Part shown: one piece after another, positions 1-11,832 of the stretch
How the letters are laid out: every line of letters begins with the position of its first letter
Position numbering within the stretch: the stretch's first letter is position 1
NCBI GenBank assembly: GCA_049802235.1
Contig: JBARMB010000050.1
Location: forward strand, 23,577-87,576
DNA length: 64,000 bases
Direction: 5' to 3'
Origin: Burkholderiales bacterium
Lineage (GTDB): Bacteria > Pseudomonadota > Gammaproteobacteria > Burkholderiales > SG8-39
Notes under the pieces: generated by a model
What the model was told of the DNA's origin: nothing
The model's input: only the letters and a program-made list of their open reading frames with translations
Databases searched by the model: none
Made by a program: the position numbers and the translations under genes

Positions 1-1542
1 GCGCTCGCCCGCCACGCAACCAGCAAGATCGCGTCGCTCGAGGATCTCGAGCAGGTGCGCTCGCTCGGCTTTCGCGGCGAGGCGCTGGCGAGCATCGCCT
101 CGGTGGCTCGCGTCTCCATTGCGAGCCGCACGGAAGAAGCCGCTCGCGCTTTTGCCATCAGCGCCGAGGGCGGCGAAATCGGCGTGTTGCAACCCTCGGC
201 GCAGCCTGCCGGGACTGTGGTCGAAGTGGGCGATCTCTATTACAACACGCCTGCGCGGCGCAAATTCCTGCGCAGCGACGCCACTGAGTTCGGCCATTGC
301 GAAGACGTATTCATCCGCGCAGCACTGTCGCGCCCGGAAGTGACGTTCATGCTCCGGCACAACGACCGCGTCGTGGCTCGATTTTCGCCGAGCAACGCCG
401 CGCGGCGGGTCGAGGCGGCAATCGGCGCCGAGTTCGCGCTGTCGATGCGGGCGATCGAAGCCGGCGGCGGTGCGCTCAGGCTCTCGGGTTTCGCCGGCTC
501 GCCCGCCTATACGCGCGCCTCCCGCGATGCTCAGTTCGTGTACGTGAACGGCCGTTTCGTGCGCGACAAGCTGCTCTCGCACGCGTTGCGCGAAGCCTAT
601 CGGGACGTCCTGCACGGCGAGCGGCATCCGGCCTACGTGCTGTTCCTGGAGATCGATCCGCGCGGGGTGGACGTCAACGTGCACCCGGCGAAGATCGAAA
701 TCCGCTTCCGCGACGCGCGCGCGGTGCACCAGTTCGTATTTCACGCGGTTGCCAAGGGTCTTTCCGGTACCGCGGCCGAGACGCCGGCGGCGATCGCGGC
801 GCCGGTGGCTGCCGGCCATGCCATCCAGCCGCGCGCCGGACAGGCTGCGCTCGGCTTGGCGCAGCCCGTGGCCAACTACACCGCGATGTTCGCCGCGGCA
901 GGCGCGCAGCAACCGAGATCCGGGCATGCATTCCGTCCCGTCGAGAACGCCGGCGAAGCTCCGCCGCTCGGCTTCGCGCTGGCGCAACTCCACGGCATCT
1001 ATATTTTGGCGCAGAACCGCGAGGGCCTGGTGCTGGTGGACATGCATGCCGCTCACGAGCGCATCCTGTACGAAAAGCTCAAGACGGCGCTCGACGCGCG
1101 CGACATGAACACGCAAAAGCTGCTCATTCCCGTTACGTTCCATGCTGACCGGGTCGACGTCGCCACCGCCGAGGAGCACACAGCAACGCTCAACCTGCTC
1201 GGCTTCGATGTCGCGCCGATTTCACCGTTCGCGCTCGCCGTGCGCGCCGTCCCCGCGATGCTCGCCGCCGCCAACGCCGCGGAGCTCGCGCGCGCAGTCC
1301 TTAGAGACATCCGCGAATACGGCGCCAGCCGTGTGCTGACCGAACGCCAGAACGAGCTGCTTGGCACCATGGCCTGCCACGGCGCCGTGCGCGCCAATCG
1401 AAGCTTGACGATCCCGGAAATGAACGCCTTGCTGCGGGAGATGGAAGAAACCGAGCGCTCCGGGCAATGCAACCACGGCCGGCCGACGTGGTACCAGATG
1501 AGTCTCGCCGACCTCGACAAGCTGTTCATGCGCGGCCGGTAA
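1..1542 (+). CDS. mutL: DNA mismatch repair protein MutL (5'-truncated by window edge)
   Basis: Frame 1 is open from base 1 and reads [35 protein letters not shown], the classic MutL ATPase-domain motif. The C-terminal domain has QCNHGRPT. Stop codon at 1540-1542. Confidence 0.95.
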   Translation, partial: ALARHATSKIASLEDLEQVRSLGFRGEALASIASVARVSIASRTEEAARAFAISAEGGEIGVLQPSAQPAGTVVEVGDLYYNTPARRKFLRSDATEFGHCEDVFIRAALSRPEVTFMLRHNDRVVARFSPSNAARRVEAAIGAEFALSMRAIEAGGGALRLSGFAGSPAYTRASRDAQFVYVNGRFVRDKLLSHALREAYRDVLHGERHPAYVLFLEIDPRGVDVNVHPAKIEIRFRDARAVHQFVFHAVAKGLSGTAAETPAAIAAPVAAGHAIQPRAGQAALGLAQPVANYTAMFAAAGAQQPRSGHAFRPVENAGEAPPLGFALAQLHGIYILAQNREGLVLVDMHAAHERILYEKLKTALDARDMNTQKLLIPVTFHADRVDVATAEEHTATLNLLGFDVAPISPFALAVRAVPAMLAAANAAELARAVLRDIREYGASRVLTERQNELLGTMACHGAVRANRSLTIPEMNALLREMEETERSGQCNHGRPTWYQMSLADLDKLFMRGR

Positions 1543-1546
1543 TTGT

Positions 1547-2491
1547 ATGACCCGCACGGTGCCGCCTCCGGCCGTCCTGCTCATGGGCCCGACGGCGAGC
1601 GGCAAGACCGCGCTGGCGATTGAGCTGGCGCGGCGCTTTCCGGTCGAGATCATCAGCGTCGATTCGGCGCAGGTCTACCGCGGAATGAATATCGGCACCG
1701 CGAAGCCCGGCACGGCCGAGCGCGCAGCCGTTCCGCATCATCTGATCGACATCATCGATCCGGCCCAGAGCTACTCGGCGGCGCAGTTTCGCAGCGACGC
1801 CCTGGCGCTCATGCACGCGGTGTCAGCGCGCGGCCGCGTCCCGCTTCTGGTCGGCGGCACCATGCTCTACTTCAAGGCCCTGCGCGAGGGGCTTTCCGAG
1901 CTGCCGCAGTCCGATCCCGCGATGCGCGCCGAAATCGACGCCGAAGCAGCGCAGCGCGGCTGGCCGGGGCTGCATGCGGAACTCGCGGGAGTCGACGCGG
2001 CGACCGCGGCGAGGCTCGAGCCGAACGACTCGCAGCGCATCCAGCGCGCGCTGGAAGTCTACCGCCTCACCGGCCAGCCGATGTCGAAGCTCATTGCGCG
2101 GCGCCGGCGCGCCGCTCTTCCTTTCCGGCTGGTGTCGCTCGCGCTCGTGCCGGAAGATCGCGGCAAGCTGCACCGGCGCATCGAAGCACGCTTCGACGCG
2201 ATGCTGAAGGAAGGACTGGTGGAGGAACTGCGCTCGCTGCGTCGGCACTACCCCCTGCGCGCCAGACTCCCCTCCATGCGCTGCGTCGGCTACCGCCAGG
2301 CGTGGCAGTTCCTGGAGGGCGAGATCGGGGCGGACGAGTTGCGCGAGCGCGGCATCATCGCCACGCGCCAACTCGCCAAGCGCCAGCTGACCTGGCTGCG
2401 CTCGACTCGGGACATCGAGATCTTTGATTGTTTTGATCCGAATCTGGCCAAGGCCGTGAATCAGCGACTTGAGCCGGAACTCGCCGCCTGA
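1547..2491 (+). CDS. miaA: tRNA dimethylallyltransferase
   Basis: P-loop GPTASGKT followed by [18 protein letters not shown]. Lies directly downstream of mutL, as in many proteobacteria. Confidence 0.95.
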   Translation: MTRTVPPPAVLLMGPTASGKTALAIELARRFPVEIISVDSAQVYRGMNIGTAKPGTAERAAVPHHLIDIIDPAQSYSAAQFRSDALALMHAVSARGRVPLLVGGTMLYFKALREGLSELPQSDPAMRAEIDAEAAQRGWPGLHAELAGVDAATAARLEPNDSQRIQRALEVYRLTGQPMSKLIARRRRAALPFRLVSLALVPEDRGKLHRRIEARFDAMLKEGLVEELRSLRRHYPLRARLPSMRCVGYRQAWQFLEGEIGADELRERGIIATRQLAKRQLTWLRSTRDIEIFDCFDPNLAKAVNQRLEPELAA

Positions 2492-2497
2492 AAAAAA

Positions 2498-2519
2498 GGG
2501 CGACTCGCGTCGCCCTTTT
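2498..2519. terminator. Bidirectional intrinsic terminator between convergent miaA and hppA
   Basis: GGGCGAC-TCGC-GTCGCCC hairpin with an A-run (2491-2497) before it and a T-run (2516-2519) after it. Confidence 0.6.
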
Positions 2520-2537
2520 CGCAGAACGTCCCGCGCT

Positions 2538-4604
2538 TCAGACCATCAGCGGCACGATCAGCAGTGCGACGATGTTGATGATCTTGATGAGCGGATTCAC
2601 CGCCGGGCCGGCGGTGTCCTTGTAGGGATCGCCGACCGTGTCGCCGGTGACCGCGGCCTTGTGCGCGTCCGAGCCCTTGCCGCCGTAGTGGCCGTCCTCG
2701 ATGTACTTCTTGGCATTGTCCCAGGCGCCGCCGCCGGTCGTCATCGAAATCGCGACGAACAATCCGGTGACGATCGAGCCCATCAGCACGCCACCCAGCG
2801 CCTGCGGCCCGAGCAACAGGCCGACCAGGATCGGCACCAGCACCGGCAGCAGGGACGGCACGATCATCTCCTTGATCGCGGCGCGGGTCAGCATGTCCAC
2901 CGCCGTGCCATAGTCCGGCTTCGCCTTGCCTTCCATGATCCCCGGGATTTCCTTGAACTGCCGGCGCACTTCGACCACCACGGCACCCGCCGCGCGGCCC
3001 ACCGCCTCCATCGCCATGGCGCCGAAGAGGTAGGGCACGAGGCCGCCGATGAACAGGCCGATGATCACCATGTGGTTCGACAGATCGAACGACAGCGCCT
3101 TGCCGGCGTGCTCGAGCGCGTGGGTGTAATCGGCGAACAGTACCAGCGCCGCAAGGCCGGCCGAGCCGATGGCATAGCCCTTGGTCACCGCCTTGGTGGT
3201 ATTGCCAACGGCGTCCAGCGGATCGGTTATGGCGCGCACCGAGTCAGGCAGGTTCGCCATCTGGGCAATGCCGCCGGCGTTGTCGGTGATCGGACCGTAG
3301 GCGTCGAGCGCGACGATGATGCCCGTCATCGACAACATCGAGGTCGCGGCAATGGCGATGCCGTAGAGGCCCGCAAGCTTGTACGCAAGCAGGATGGCCG
3401 CGCACACCGCGATCACCGGCCAGGCGGTCGCGCGCATCGAGACACCCAGCCCGGCAATGATGTTGGTGCCGTGGCCGGTGGTCGAGGCTTGCGCAATGTG
3501 GCGCACCGGCGAATATTCGGTCGCGGTGTAGTACTCGGTGATGACCACCATCAGCGCAGTGAGCACCAGCCCGATGAGCGTCGCGCCCCACAGGTGCCAG
3601 ACGGTGATCATGACTTTGCCGCCGAGGATCTCGAACGGCACCTGCTTGACGACGTCGCCCATGATCCACCAGGTCACGGGAATAAACGCGATCGCGGCAA
3701 GTCCACCGGCGACGATCAGGCCGCGGTAGAGCGCGCTCATGATTTTCTTGCCCGGCTGTGCCTTGACGAACATGCAGCCGATGATCGAGGCAATGATCGA
3801 CACGCCGCCGATGACCAGCGGATAGATGAGCGCGGCGTCGGAAGTGGTTTTCACTATCAGCGCGCCAAGCAGCATGGTGGCGATCAGCGTCACCGCGAAT
3901 GTCTCGAACAGGTCCGCGGCCATGCCGGCACAGTCGCCGACGTTGTCGCCGACGTTGTCGGCGATCACAGCCGGGTTGCGCGGGTCATCCTCAGGAATGC
4001 CGGCCTCGACCTTGCCGACGAGGTCAGCACCGACGTCAGCGCCCTTGGTGAAAATGCCGCCGCCCAGACGCGCGAAGATCGAAATCAGGGATCCGCCGAA
4101 TGCCAAGCCCACCAGCGGCCTGATCATGTCCGACAGCGATACGCCGTACGGCGCCGACCAGGAGAGAATCCCGTAGAAGCCGGCCACCCCGAGCAGGCCG
4201 AGCCCGACGACGAGAAGTCCGGTGATCGCTCCGCCGCGAAACGCGATCGTCAGCGCCTCGTTCAGCCCGGTGCGGGCGGCCTCGGCGGTGCGCACGTTGG
4301 CGCGCACCGAAATGTTCATGCCGATGTAGCCGGTCGCCCCCGAGAGAATCGCGCCGACGGCAAAGCCCCAGGCCGTGGTCCATCCGAGCGAGAAACCGAT
4401 GACGATGAAGAGGATGGCGCCGACGACGCCGATGGTGGTGTACTGGCGATTGAGATAGGCATTGGCGCCGGTCTGCACCGCCTGGGCGATCTCGCGCATG
4501 CGTTCGTTGCCTGAAGGCTGTTGCAGTATCCACGATATTTGCCAGCCGCCGTAGACCAGCGCGAGCGCACCGCAAACGATAGCAAGCCAGAGACCTCCGT
4601 TCAT
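2538..4604 (-). CDS. hppA: Membrane-bound H+-translocating pyrophosphatase, K+-independent type
   Basis: 688 aa polytopic protein. Motifs [21 protein letters not shown] and [10 protein letters not shown]. The Lys in GNTTK marks the K+-insensitive class. ATG at 4604 with an AGGAGA RBS. Confidence 0.95.
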   Translation of the reverse strand: MNGGLWLAIVCGALALVYGGWQISWILQQPSGNERMREIAQAVQTGANAYLNRQYTTIGVVGAILFIVIGFSLGWTTAWGFAVGAILSGATGYIGMNISVRANVRTAEAARTGLNEALTIAFRGGAITGLLVVGLGLLGVAGFYGILSWSAPYGVSLSDMIRPLVGLAFGGSLISIFARLGGGIFTKGADVGADLVGKVEAGIPEDDPRNPAVIADNVGDNVGDCAGMAADLFETFAVTLIATMLLGALIVKTTSDAALIYPLVIGGVSIIASIIGCMFVKAQPGKKIMSALYRGLIVAGGLAAIAFIPVTWWIMGDVVKQVPFEILGGKVMITVWHLWGATLIGLVLTALMVVITEYYTATEYSPVRHIAQASTTGHGTNIIAGLGVSMRATAWPVIAVCAAILLAYKLAGLYGIAIAATSMLSMTGIIVALDAYGPITDNAGGIAQMANLPDSVRAITDPLDAVGNTTKAVTKGYAIGSAGLAALVLFADYTHALEHAGKALSFDLSNHMVIIGLFIGGLVPYLFGAMAMEAVGRAAGAVVVEVRRQFKEIPGIMEGKAKPDYGTAVDMLTRAAIKEMIVPSLLPVLVPILVGLLLGPQALGGVLMGSIVTGLFVAISMTTGGGAWDNAKKYIEDGHYGGKGSDAHKAAVTGDTVGDPYKDTAGPAVNPLIKIINIVALLIVPLMV

Positions 4605-4686
4605 GAACTTCTCCTCTGAGTTCGGCCCTGTTCCGGGCCGGGGGGGAATGCGAAGCGCGGAATTATAGCAGCAGTGCCGCCGATTC

Positions 4687-5952
4687 CTAGACCTTGAACG
4701 GCGCCAGTTTCTTCGGCACTGGCACGTTCCTGAGCTTGACGTAATCGGGGAGTCCGTTCCTGAAAGGCGGGGGCGCCTCGCCCTGGATCAGCGGCGAAAG
4801 GTAAGCACGGCATTTCTGGGTAATATGAAAGCCGTCGGCAGTGATGAATTCGCGCGGCATCATCTTTTCCTTGTTGGCTACGTCGGCGAGGTTGGCGACG
4901 CCGATGCGCCAGCGGTAAGGTTTGTCGGACAGGCGCTCGATGACCGGCATCACGGCGTTTCTGCCCGCGAGCGCGAGCTTTACAGCGGCCACACCGAGCT
5001 TGTAGGACTGCTCCACGTCCACCTTAGAGGCAATGTGGCGCGCCGAGCGCTGCAGGTAATCGGCGAGCGCCCAGTGGTACTTGTGGCCGAGCCGGTCCTT
5101 GACGAGCCGGGCGATGATCTCGCCTACCCCGCCCAACTGCGAGTGGCCGAAAGCGTCCTTGAGGCCGGTCTCCGAGAGGAATTTGCCTTCCTTGTTGCGC
5201 AGTCCCTCCGACACGGCGACGGCGCACCAGCCGTCGCGCCCGATCACCTGCTTGACCCGTGCGAGGAACTTGTCCTCGTCGAACTGGATTTCGGGAAAGA
5301 GCAGGATCTGCGGCGCCTCGCCGTCCTTCTCCGCCGCCAGTCCGCAGGCAGCGGTAATCCAGCCGGCGTGCCGCCCCATCACCTCCAGGACGAAAATGCG
5401 CGTCGAAGTCCTCGCCATCGAAGCGACGTCGAACCCGGCCTCACGCATCGAGGTGGCGACGTACTTCGCCACGGAGCCGAAGCCGGGGCAGTTGTCGGTG
5501 ATCGCGAGGTCGTTGTCCACGGTCTTGGGAATACCGACGCAGATCAAAGGATAGCCGAGCTTCCCGCCCACCTGCGAGATTTTCCAGGCGGTATCGGCGG
5601 AGTCGTTGCCGCCGTTGTAGAAAAAGTAGCCGATGTCGTGCGCCCCGAACACCTCGATCAGGCGCTCGTAGTGAGCGCGGTTTTCCTCCAGTCCTTTCAG
5701 CTTGTAGCGGCAGGAGCCGAACGCGCCGCCGGGCGTGGTCTTCAGCCGCGAGATCGCGGAAGCCGGCTCCCTGCTGGTGTCGATCAGGTCCTCGGTGAGC
5801 GCACCGATGATGCCGTCGCGCCCGGCGTAGACCTTGCCGATGCGGTTTTTGTGCTTGCGCGCGGTCTCGATCACTCCGGCAGCGCTGGCGTTGATGACGG
5901 CGGTGACGCCGCCGGACTGTGCATAAAAGGCATTGCGTGGTTTCATTTTCAT
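4687..5952 (-). CDS. pfp: Pyrophosphate-dependent 6-phosphofructokinase
   Basis: PFK fold with GGNDS and PKTVDNDL. Asp and Lys occupy the two positions that separate PPi- from ATP-dependent PFKs. The track start at 5958 is TTG. The first ATG at 5952 has GAGG 7 nt upstream. Confidence 0.88.
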   Translation of the reverse strand: MKMKPRNAFYAQSGGVTAVINASAAGVIETARKHKNRIGKVYAGRDGIIGALTEDLIDTSREPASAISRLKTTPGGAFGSCRYKLKGLEENRAHYERLIEVFGAHDIGYFFYNGGNDSADTAWKISQVGGKLGYPLICVGIPKTVDNDLAITDNCPGFGSVAKYVATSMREAGFDVASMARTSTRIFVLEVMGRHAGWITAACGLAAEKDGEAPQILLFPEIQFDEDKFLARVKQVIGRDGWCAVAVSEGLRNKEGKFLSETGLKDAFGHSQLGGVGEIIARLVKDRLGHKYHWALADYLQRSARHIASKVDVEQSYKLGVAAVKLALAGRNAVMPVIERLSDKPYRWRIGVANLADVANKEKMMPREFITADGFHITQKCRAYLSPLIQGEAPPPFRNGLPDYVKLRNVPVPKKLAPFKV

Positions 5953-6063
5953 GTTCAAGCCTCGAACTCCGAACGTGAAGGTGGCGAAGGACGCAAGACA
6001 AAGAGGCGTACGTAGCGCCAGGAATCACTTTACATCCGCTGCGTCTTTGCGTTGAGGGGGTTT

Positions 6064-6777
<714 letters not shown>

Positions 6778-7584
6778 TTACCGTTTATGGCCCTTGCGGT
6801 CAAACAGCGCCCGTACGCGCTCCAGATCCTCGGGCGTGTCCACGCCCGGCAGCGGCGCATCGTGCCGGACCGCAACGGCGATCGCATACCCGTGCCACAG
6901 CGCGCGCAACTGTTCCAGCGCTTCGAACCGCTCCAGCGGCGAGGAGGCAAGCCGCGGATAGACGCGCAGGAACTCGGCACGGTAAGCATAGATGCCGATG
7001 TGACGGTAGCACGGAAGACCGTCCGGCAGAACCGAAACCGATGCGACGTATGCGCCGCTCGCAGGGTCATACGAGCGCGCGAAAGCATCGCGCGCAAAGG
7101 GGATCGGCGCGCGGCTGAAATAGCGCGCGAGGCCGGCGTGATCGAGCACGACTTTCACCACGTTGGGATTGAACATTTCCGCGGCGTCGCCGATGGGGTG
7201 GCAGGCGGTGGCGACCGCGGCCTCGGGAGAATCAGCGAGCAGAGCTGCGACCGCGCGGATCAACCCGGGCTCGATCAGCGGTTCGTCGCCCTGGACGTTG
7301 ACGACGACGACCTCATGCTCGAGCGCGAGATGCTCTGCCACCTCGGCGACGCGATCCGTGCCGGTGAGATGATCGGCGCGGGTCATGACGGCCTCAAAGC
7401 CATGCCGCCTGACCGCCGCGGCGATATCGCCATGGTCGGTCGCGATGTAGACATTGCGGGCCCCGCTCTCCCGTGCGCGCTCGGCCACGCGCACCACCAT
7501 GGGCTTGCCGGCAATGTCGGCGAGGGCCTTTCCAGGGAAGCGGCTGGATGCGAACCGCGCCGGGATGACAACGGTGAAAGACAT
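6778..7584 (-). CDS. kdsB: 3-deoxy-manno-octulosonate cytidylyltransferase
   Basis: N-terminus [25 protein letters not shown], 268 aa, conserved lpxK-ycaR-kdsB context. Confidence 0.95.
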   Translation of the reverse strand: MSFTVVIPARFASSRFPGKALADIAGKPMVVRVAERARESGARNVYIATDHGDIAAAVRRHGFEAVMTRADHLTGTDRVAEVAEHLALEHEVVVVNVQGDEPLIEPGLIRAVAALLADSPEAAVATACHPIGDAAEMFNPNVVKVVLDHAGLARYFSRAPIPFARDAFARSYDPASGAYVASVSVLPDGLPCYRHIGIYAYRAEFLRVYPRLASSPLERFEALEQLRALWHGYAIAVAVRHDAPLPGVDTPEDLERVRALFDRKGHKR

Positions 7585-7627
7585 GTGAAACAGTGAAAAA
7601 GCAAAAAGTCGGGCGCTCGCCGCTCAT

Positions 7628-7813
7628 TCACTCATTCACTTCCTCCTCCGGGGGGAGCTTTCTTGCTTCTTCCTCGAGCATGACCGGGATGTCGTCCCGG
7701 ATCGGGAACGCCAGGCGATCGGCCTTGCAGATCAGCTCGGCTTGCGCCTTGCGATAAACAAGCGGGCCCTTGCAAATCGGGCAGACAAGGATTTCAAGCA
7801 GGCGCGCGTCCAT
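7628..7813 (-). CDS. Trm112/YcaR-family small zinc-ribbon protein
   Basis: 61 aa with [14 protein letters not shown] and [10 protein letters not shown] motifs typical of UPF0434/Trm112. Overlaps the lpxK 3' end by 20 nt. Confidence 0.85.
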   Translation of the reverse strand: MDARLLEILVCPICKGPLVYRKAQAELICKADRLAFPIRDDIPVMLEEEARKLPPEEEVNE

Positions 7814-8771
7814 GGATTCGACTCCAGATCAGATCGGCAAACGCAGGGTCGAGCTCGGCGTCGGCGCGCACGGCGATCAGATCGCGGCGACCGAAGCCTC
7901 TGCATTTTACCGCATCCTTTTCCGTCATCAGGACAAATTCGCAGTCGGCAAACTCCAGATCGCGGGGCTGGAACCGGTGATGGTCGGCAAAGGCGTGAGG
8001 AACCGTCTTCAATCCCATCGCATCGAGATCGGCGAAAAATCGCTGCGGATTACCGATTCCGGCCACGGCGTGCAGGCGCTTGCCCGCGAAGGCGGAGGGT
8101 TCCAGTACCGCTGCCGGATCGTCCACGCGGTACAAGCTCACGGGCTTGAGCCGCATCCGCCAAGCACCTGCGGATGCTTCTCCGCCGTTGGTAATGCGCG
8201 CATCGACGCACCGGCTTGCGGGCTCGCGCAGCGGTCCTGCGGGAAGCAGAAAGCCATTGCCGAGGCCGCGCTCATCCTCGACGGCGATTTCGAAGTCACG
8301 CGCCAGCCGGTAATGCTGTAGACCGTCGTCACAAAGGATCACGTTGCAACCCGGGTTTGCCGCCAGCAGGGCGCGACCCGTGGCGGCGCGGTCGGCACCG
8401 ACCCAGACCGGGCAGCCTGCGCGCTCGGCAAGCAGCAGCGGCTCGTCCCCGACCAGCCCGGGATCGTCCCCTTTTTTTACTTCGCGCGGAGCAGCCGCGC
8501 TCCCGCCGTAGCCGCGGCAGAGGATGCCAGGGTTTCTTCCGCGGCGGCGCAAATCCCCGGCGAGCCACAGCACCAGCGGTGTCTTGCCGGTGCCCCCGAC
8601 GGTGAGATTGCCGACCACAATGACCGGCACCGGCAGCCGCACGGAACGAAGAATCCCGAGGCGATAAAGCAGGCGCCGCAGCGTGACTGCAATGTGAAAA
8701 AGGAAACTGAGCGGGAGCAGAAGAACGGACACCGGGCTCAGCCGGTACCAGTGGCGCGAGACAAAGCTCAT
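7794..8771 (-). CDS. lpxK: Tetraacyldisaccharide 4'-kinase
   Basis: [14 protein letters not shown]-loop, about 325 aa. The track start at 8786 is TTG. The first ATG is at 8771, so the exact start is uncertain. Confidence 0.9.
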   Translation of the reverse strand: MSFVSRHWYRLSPVSVLLLPLSFLFHIAVTLRRLLYRLGILRSVRLPVPVIVVGNLTVGGTGKTPLVLWLAGDLRRRGRNPGILCRGYGGSAAAPREVKKGDDPGLVGDEPLLLAERAGCPVWVGADRAATGRALLAANPGCNVILCDDGLQHYRLARDFEIAVEDERGLGNGFLLPAGPLREPASRCVDARITNGGEASAGAWRMRLKPVSLYRVDDPAAVLEPSAFAGKRLHAVAGIGNPQRFFADLDAMGLKTVPHAFADHHRFQPRDLEFADCEFVLMTEKDAVKCRGFGRRDLIAVRADAELDPAFADLIWSRIHGRAPA

Positions 8772-8819
8772 GGAGGGCGAGTGCAACGACGATGCGCCCG
8801 CCGGCGGCGCCCGCGGGCG

Positions 8820-9236
8820 CTACTTAGTAGCCTGCTCCACCGCAAACGCCACCTGACCGTAGCCTGCCCGGCGCGCCGCGTCCATCACGCGTATTACCGA
8901 CCGATGGGTAGCATTGTTGTCGGCATTGATGACGATGACCGGGTCCTTCATGTTCGCCCCCGCGCGCCGCAGCTCCTCCGCGAAGCTCGCCACGTCCTGG
9001 AAAACGACCGGTTTGCGCTGCAGCATGTACTGGCCGCCGGCGCTGATGACGACATTAATGTCATTGGACTGATCGAGTTGCTTCTCCGCGCTGGCGCTCG
9101 GCAGACTGATCTGCAGCTCGGCAAACCTGGAGTACGTGGTGGTGAGCATCAGGAAAATGATGATCACTAGCAGCACGTCGATCATCGGAATCAAATTGAT
9201 CTCCGGATCCTCCTTGAATGTACGCGCGAACTTCAT
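8820..9236 (-). CDS. exbD: Biopolymer transport protein ExbD/TolR family
   Basis: 138 aa with a single N-terminal TM (INLIPMIDVLLVIIIFLM) and a periplasmic domain. Starts 3 nt after the exbB stop. Confidence 0.85.
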   Translation of the reverse strand: MKFARTFKEDPEINLIPMIDVLLVIIIFLMLTTTYSRFAELQISLPSASAEKQLDQSNDINVVISAGGQYMLQRKPVVFQDVASFAEELRRAGANMKDPVIVINADNNATHRSVIRVMDAARRAGYGQVAFAVEQATK

Positions 9237-9238
9237 CT

Positions 9239-9868
9239 CTAGGTATGCGGCGGCTGGACGTCGAACCGCTGGCCGTGGGCGAGGTCAACCAGCTTCGAGG
9301 CCTGCTGTTCCATTTCCACCACCAAGGTCTCGACCTTGCCGCGGAAATAGCGAAAGAAAATCGTGGCGGGGATCGCGATCACCAGACCGAAACCGGTGTT
9401 GTACAAAGCCATCGAAATCCCGTGCGCGAGCTCCTGCGGATTGCTGCCGGTCGGCCCCTGCGAGCCGAAGATCTCGATCATGCCGACCACGGTGCCGAAC
9501 AAACCCATCAACGGGCTGATACTGGCAATGGTCCCGAGCGTAGTGAGGAACCGCTCCAGTTCATGGGCGACCGTCCGACCGGCTTCTTCGATTGCATCCT
9601 TCATCACGTAGCGCGAACTCTTGATGTTGCGCAGGCCGGCGGCGAGCACCTGTCCGAGCGGCGAGTCCTGCGCCAACTGCACCAGCATGTCCTCGGTCAC
9701 GCCCTGCTTCTTCTTGTAGCTCGATATCACTTTCTCCAGCAGGCCGCTCGGCACGATTTTTTCTTTGCGCAGGATAATGAACCGCTCGAGGATTAGCGCG
9801 ACTGCTATGATCGACGCAAGCAGCAGGAAATAGATTGGCCAACCGGCGGCCTGAATGATGACGAACAA
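9239..9868 (-). CDS. exbB: MotA/TolQ/ExbB proton-channel protein
   Basis: 209 aa with 3 TM and the GLFGTVVGMI motif. TTG start at 9868 with GGAG 8 nt upstream. No in-frame ATG nearby. Confidence 0.85.
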   Translation of the reverse strand: MFVIIQAAGWPIYFLLLASIIAVALILERFIILRKEKIVPSGLLEKVISSYKKKQGVTEDMLVQLAQDSPLGQVLAAGLRNIKSSRYVMKDAIEEAGRTVAHELERFLTTLGTIASISPLMGLFGTVVGMIEIFGSQGPTGSNPQELAHGISMALYNTGFGLVIAIPATIFFRYFRGKVETLVVEMEQQASKLVDLAHGQRFDVQPPHT

Positions 9869-10033
9869 CGGTTTTTCTCCGGGTCAGGCAAAAAACCCGG
9901 ACACTTTAGCCTGCGACAGAAGTTTCGGCAAGGCGAAGCTTTTTAACAAGAAGTCCTCTCCAACTCAAATCTGCTTGCAAATATGCAGCGGAAACCGCTG
10001 ACACGACGAAGCGCCTGAAACAGGCCGAAAATT

Positions 10034-10056
10034 TTATCCACAATTATTGTGGATAA
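10034..10056. promoter_or_regulatory. Perfect 23-bp palindrome made of two consensus DnaA boxes (TTATCCACA / TGTGGATAA)
   Basis: TTATCCACAAT-T-ATTGTGGATAA has 11-bp arms that are exact reverse complements. Each arm contains the 9-mer DnaA-box consensus. A third near-copy, ATTGTGGATAGGTT, is at 10226-10239. Confidence 0.5.
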
Positions 10057-10250
10057 GGTTGTGCGTATTCTGGAGGAAGTCGGCGTAAGTAAGTCGCGCA
10101 TAAGGCTTTTCCTTACGCTGCCCAAATTTTGAACTTCCATGTTTATAGTTGAAAATCAAATAGTTATGAATGAGCGTTCGATTTTCACCTGAACCGCTGA
10201 GAGAGCAATGCCCCCGGAGAGCCGCATTGTGGATAGGTTAAAATGCAAAT

Positions 10251-11606
10251 ATGCCCCGAGAACAAGAACTGGCGCGGGATTCCATACTTTCCCCCACCGA
10301 AATTCTCAGCGTTTCCGCGCTCAATCGCAGCGTCCGTGATTCTCTCGAGCATCGCTACCCGCTGCTCTGGGTCACCGGCGAAATTTCCAACTTCACCCTC
10401 GCCAAGTCCGGACACACGTATTTCCTGCTGAAAGACGAACAGGCGCAGGTGCGCTGCGTAATGTTCCGGCACCGCAACCAGTATCTCGAATGGGTGCCGC
10501 GCGACGGTATGCGGATCGAGGCGCAGGTGCTGGTGACGCTGTACGAGGCACGCGGCGATTTCCAGCTCAACGTAGAAACCATGCGGCGTGCCGGTCTTGG
10601 CGCGCTGTTCGAGGCGTTCCTGAAGCTGCGCGACCGGCTCGATAAGGAAGGACTATTCGACGCGGCGAAGAAGCGTGCGCTGCCTGCTCACCCGCGCGCG
10701 GTCGGGGTCATCACCTCGCTGCAGGCCGCGGCGCTGCGCGATGTCCTTACTACCCTTGCGCGCCGCAACCCCTCGGTGCCGGTGGTCATCTACCCGGTGC
10801 CGGTGCAAGGCGAGGGCGCAGCCGAAAGAATCACCGCGGCGCTTGCCACAGCCAGTCGGCGCCGGGACTGCGATGTGTTGCTGCTTGTGCGCGGCGGCGG
10901 CAGCATCGAGGACCTGTGGGCGTTCAACGAGGAAATCGTCGCGCGCGCGATCCGCGCCTGCCAGATCCCGGTCGTCACCGGCGTCGGCCACGAGACCGAT
11001 TTCACCATCGCCGACTTCGCCGCCGACCGGCGCGCGCCCACTCCGACCGCCGCTGCCGAACTGGTCAGCCCCGACCGGGCGGCGTTACTGCTGGAAATCG
11101 GCAGGCTGGTTGCGCGCCTGAGGCTGCAGACGAACCGCGAAATCGAGAGGCGCATGCAACTGCTCGACCACCTGACGCGGGGGCTGGTTCACCCGGGCAC
11201 AAGGCTGCAGGCCCAGTCGGAACTACTCAATCAGCTGCGGCTGCGGCTGCGGCAGGCGGCGATCGGCGCAATTGCCGCGCGCCGCTGGCGCCTCACCGAG
11301 CTGGTGCAGCGCAGCAGGGCGCGCCTGCCCAACATCGAGGAGCTTGCGGCGCGCTCCGGTCAGTTGCTGCACCGCCTGCGGACCGCTGCGCTCGCGAACG
11401 TGGAGCGGGCGTCCACCCGCTGCGCGCGGCTCGCAGCGAGCCTCGCGCACCTGGATCCGGCGGCCGTGCTCGAACGCGGCTACAGCATTGTCGAAAAGGC
11501 CGGAGGCATGATCGTGCGCGACAGCGCGGCACTCGCCATCGGAGAAACTGTTGCCCTGCGTTTTGCCAGAGGCCGTGCCCGAGCGAAAATCGACGCCAAG
11601 GACTGA
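10251..11606 (+). CDS. xseA: Exodeoxyribonuclease VII large subunit
   Basis: 451 aa. N-terminal OB fold (WVTGEISNF..SGHTYFLLKDE), catalytic core and a long C-terminal coiled coil. Confidence 0.95.
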   Translation: MPREQELARDSILSPTEILSVSALNRSVRDSLEHRYPLLWVTGEISNFTLAKSGHTYFLLKDEQAQVRCVMFRHRNQYLEWVPRDGMRIEAQVLVTLYEARGDFQLNVETMRRAGLGALFEAFLKLRDRLDKEGLFDAAKKRALPAHPRAVGVITSLQAAALRDVLTTLARRNPSVPVVIYPVPVQGEGAAERITAALATASRRRDCDVLLLVRGGGSIEDLWAFNEEIVARAIRACQIPVVTGVGHETDFTIADFAADRRAPTPTAAAELVSPDRAALLLEIGRLVARLRLQTNREIERRMQLLDHLTRGLVHPGTRLQAQSELLNQLRLRLRQAAIGAIAARRWRLTELVQRSRARLPNIEELAARSGQLLHRLRTAALANVERASTRCARLAASLAHLDPAAVLERGYSIVEKAGGMIVRDSAALAIGETVALRFARGRARAKIDAKD

Positions 11607-11732
11607 CGATTGTCTGACGGAAACCCCATATCACGTGGGGTTTTGTCCGATCATGCTTGCAATTGGACTCGCTTTGGACCGAGAATTACGCGGGCTGCCG
11701 GACTGCGGCCCTCGATCATCGGGAGAACGACC

Positions 11733-11831
11733 ATGAAAAATCCGCTTGATTCACTGTGGGGAATGATCACCCTCGGGCTGATCCTGACCCTGATCCTTCA
11801 CAATATCGTTTCGTACGCATTAGGAGGCTGA
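11733..11831 (+). CDS. Putative 32-aa single-TM peptide
   Basis: MKNPLDSLWGMITLGLILTLILHNIVSYALGG. GGGAGA RBS at 11721-11726. The stop is 1 nt before the next ATG, and the next gene's AGGAGG RBS lies inside this ORF. No homology is claimed. Confidence 0.35.
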   Translation: MKNPLDSLWGMITLGLILTLILHNIVSYALGG

Positions 11832-11832
11832 C

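Noticed and set aside
2469-4514. 681-aa + strand ORF opposite hppA
   Set aside because: It is antisense to an unmistakable H+-PPase. The product is dominated by R, D, H, G and A runs. Same high-GC artefact.
9943-10140. 65-aa minus-strand ORF in the AT-rich island
   Set aside because: Its composition is atypical for this genome, it has no RBS, and it overlaps the palindromic and repeat elements. It is most likely non-coding.
9869-10250. Fur box controlling exbB-exbD
   Set aside because: I looked for a GATAATGATAATCATTATC-like 19-mer and found none. The palindrome present matches DnaA boxes, not the Fur consensus.
9943-10256. Chromosomal replication origin (oriC)
   Set aside because: There are only three DnaA-box-like sites. 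I saw no array of AT-rich 13-mer-like repeats, and none of the usual flanking genes (dnaA, dnaN, gidA, parAB) are present. A regulatory or DnaA-modulating site is more plausible than oriC.
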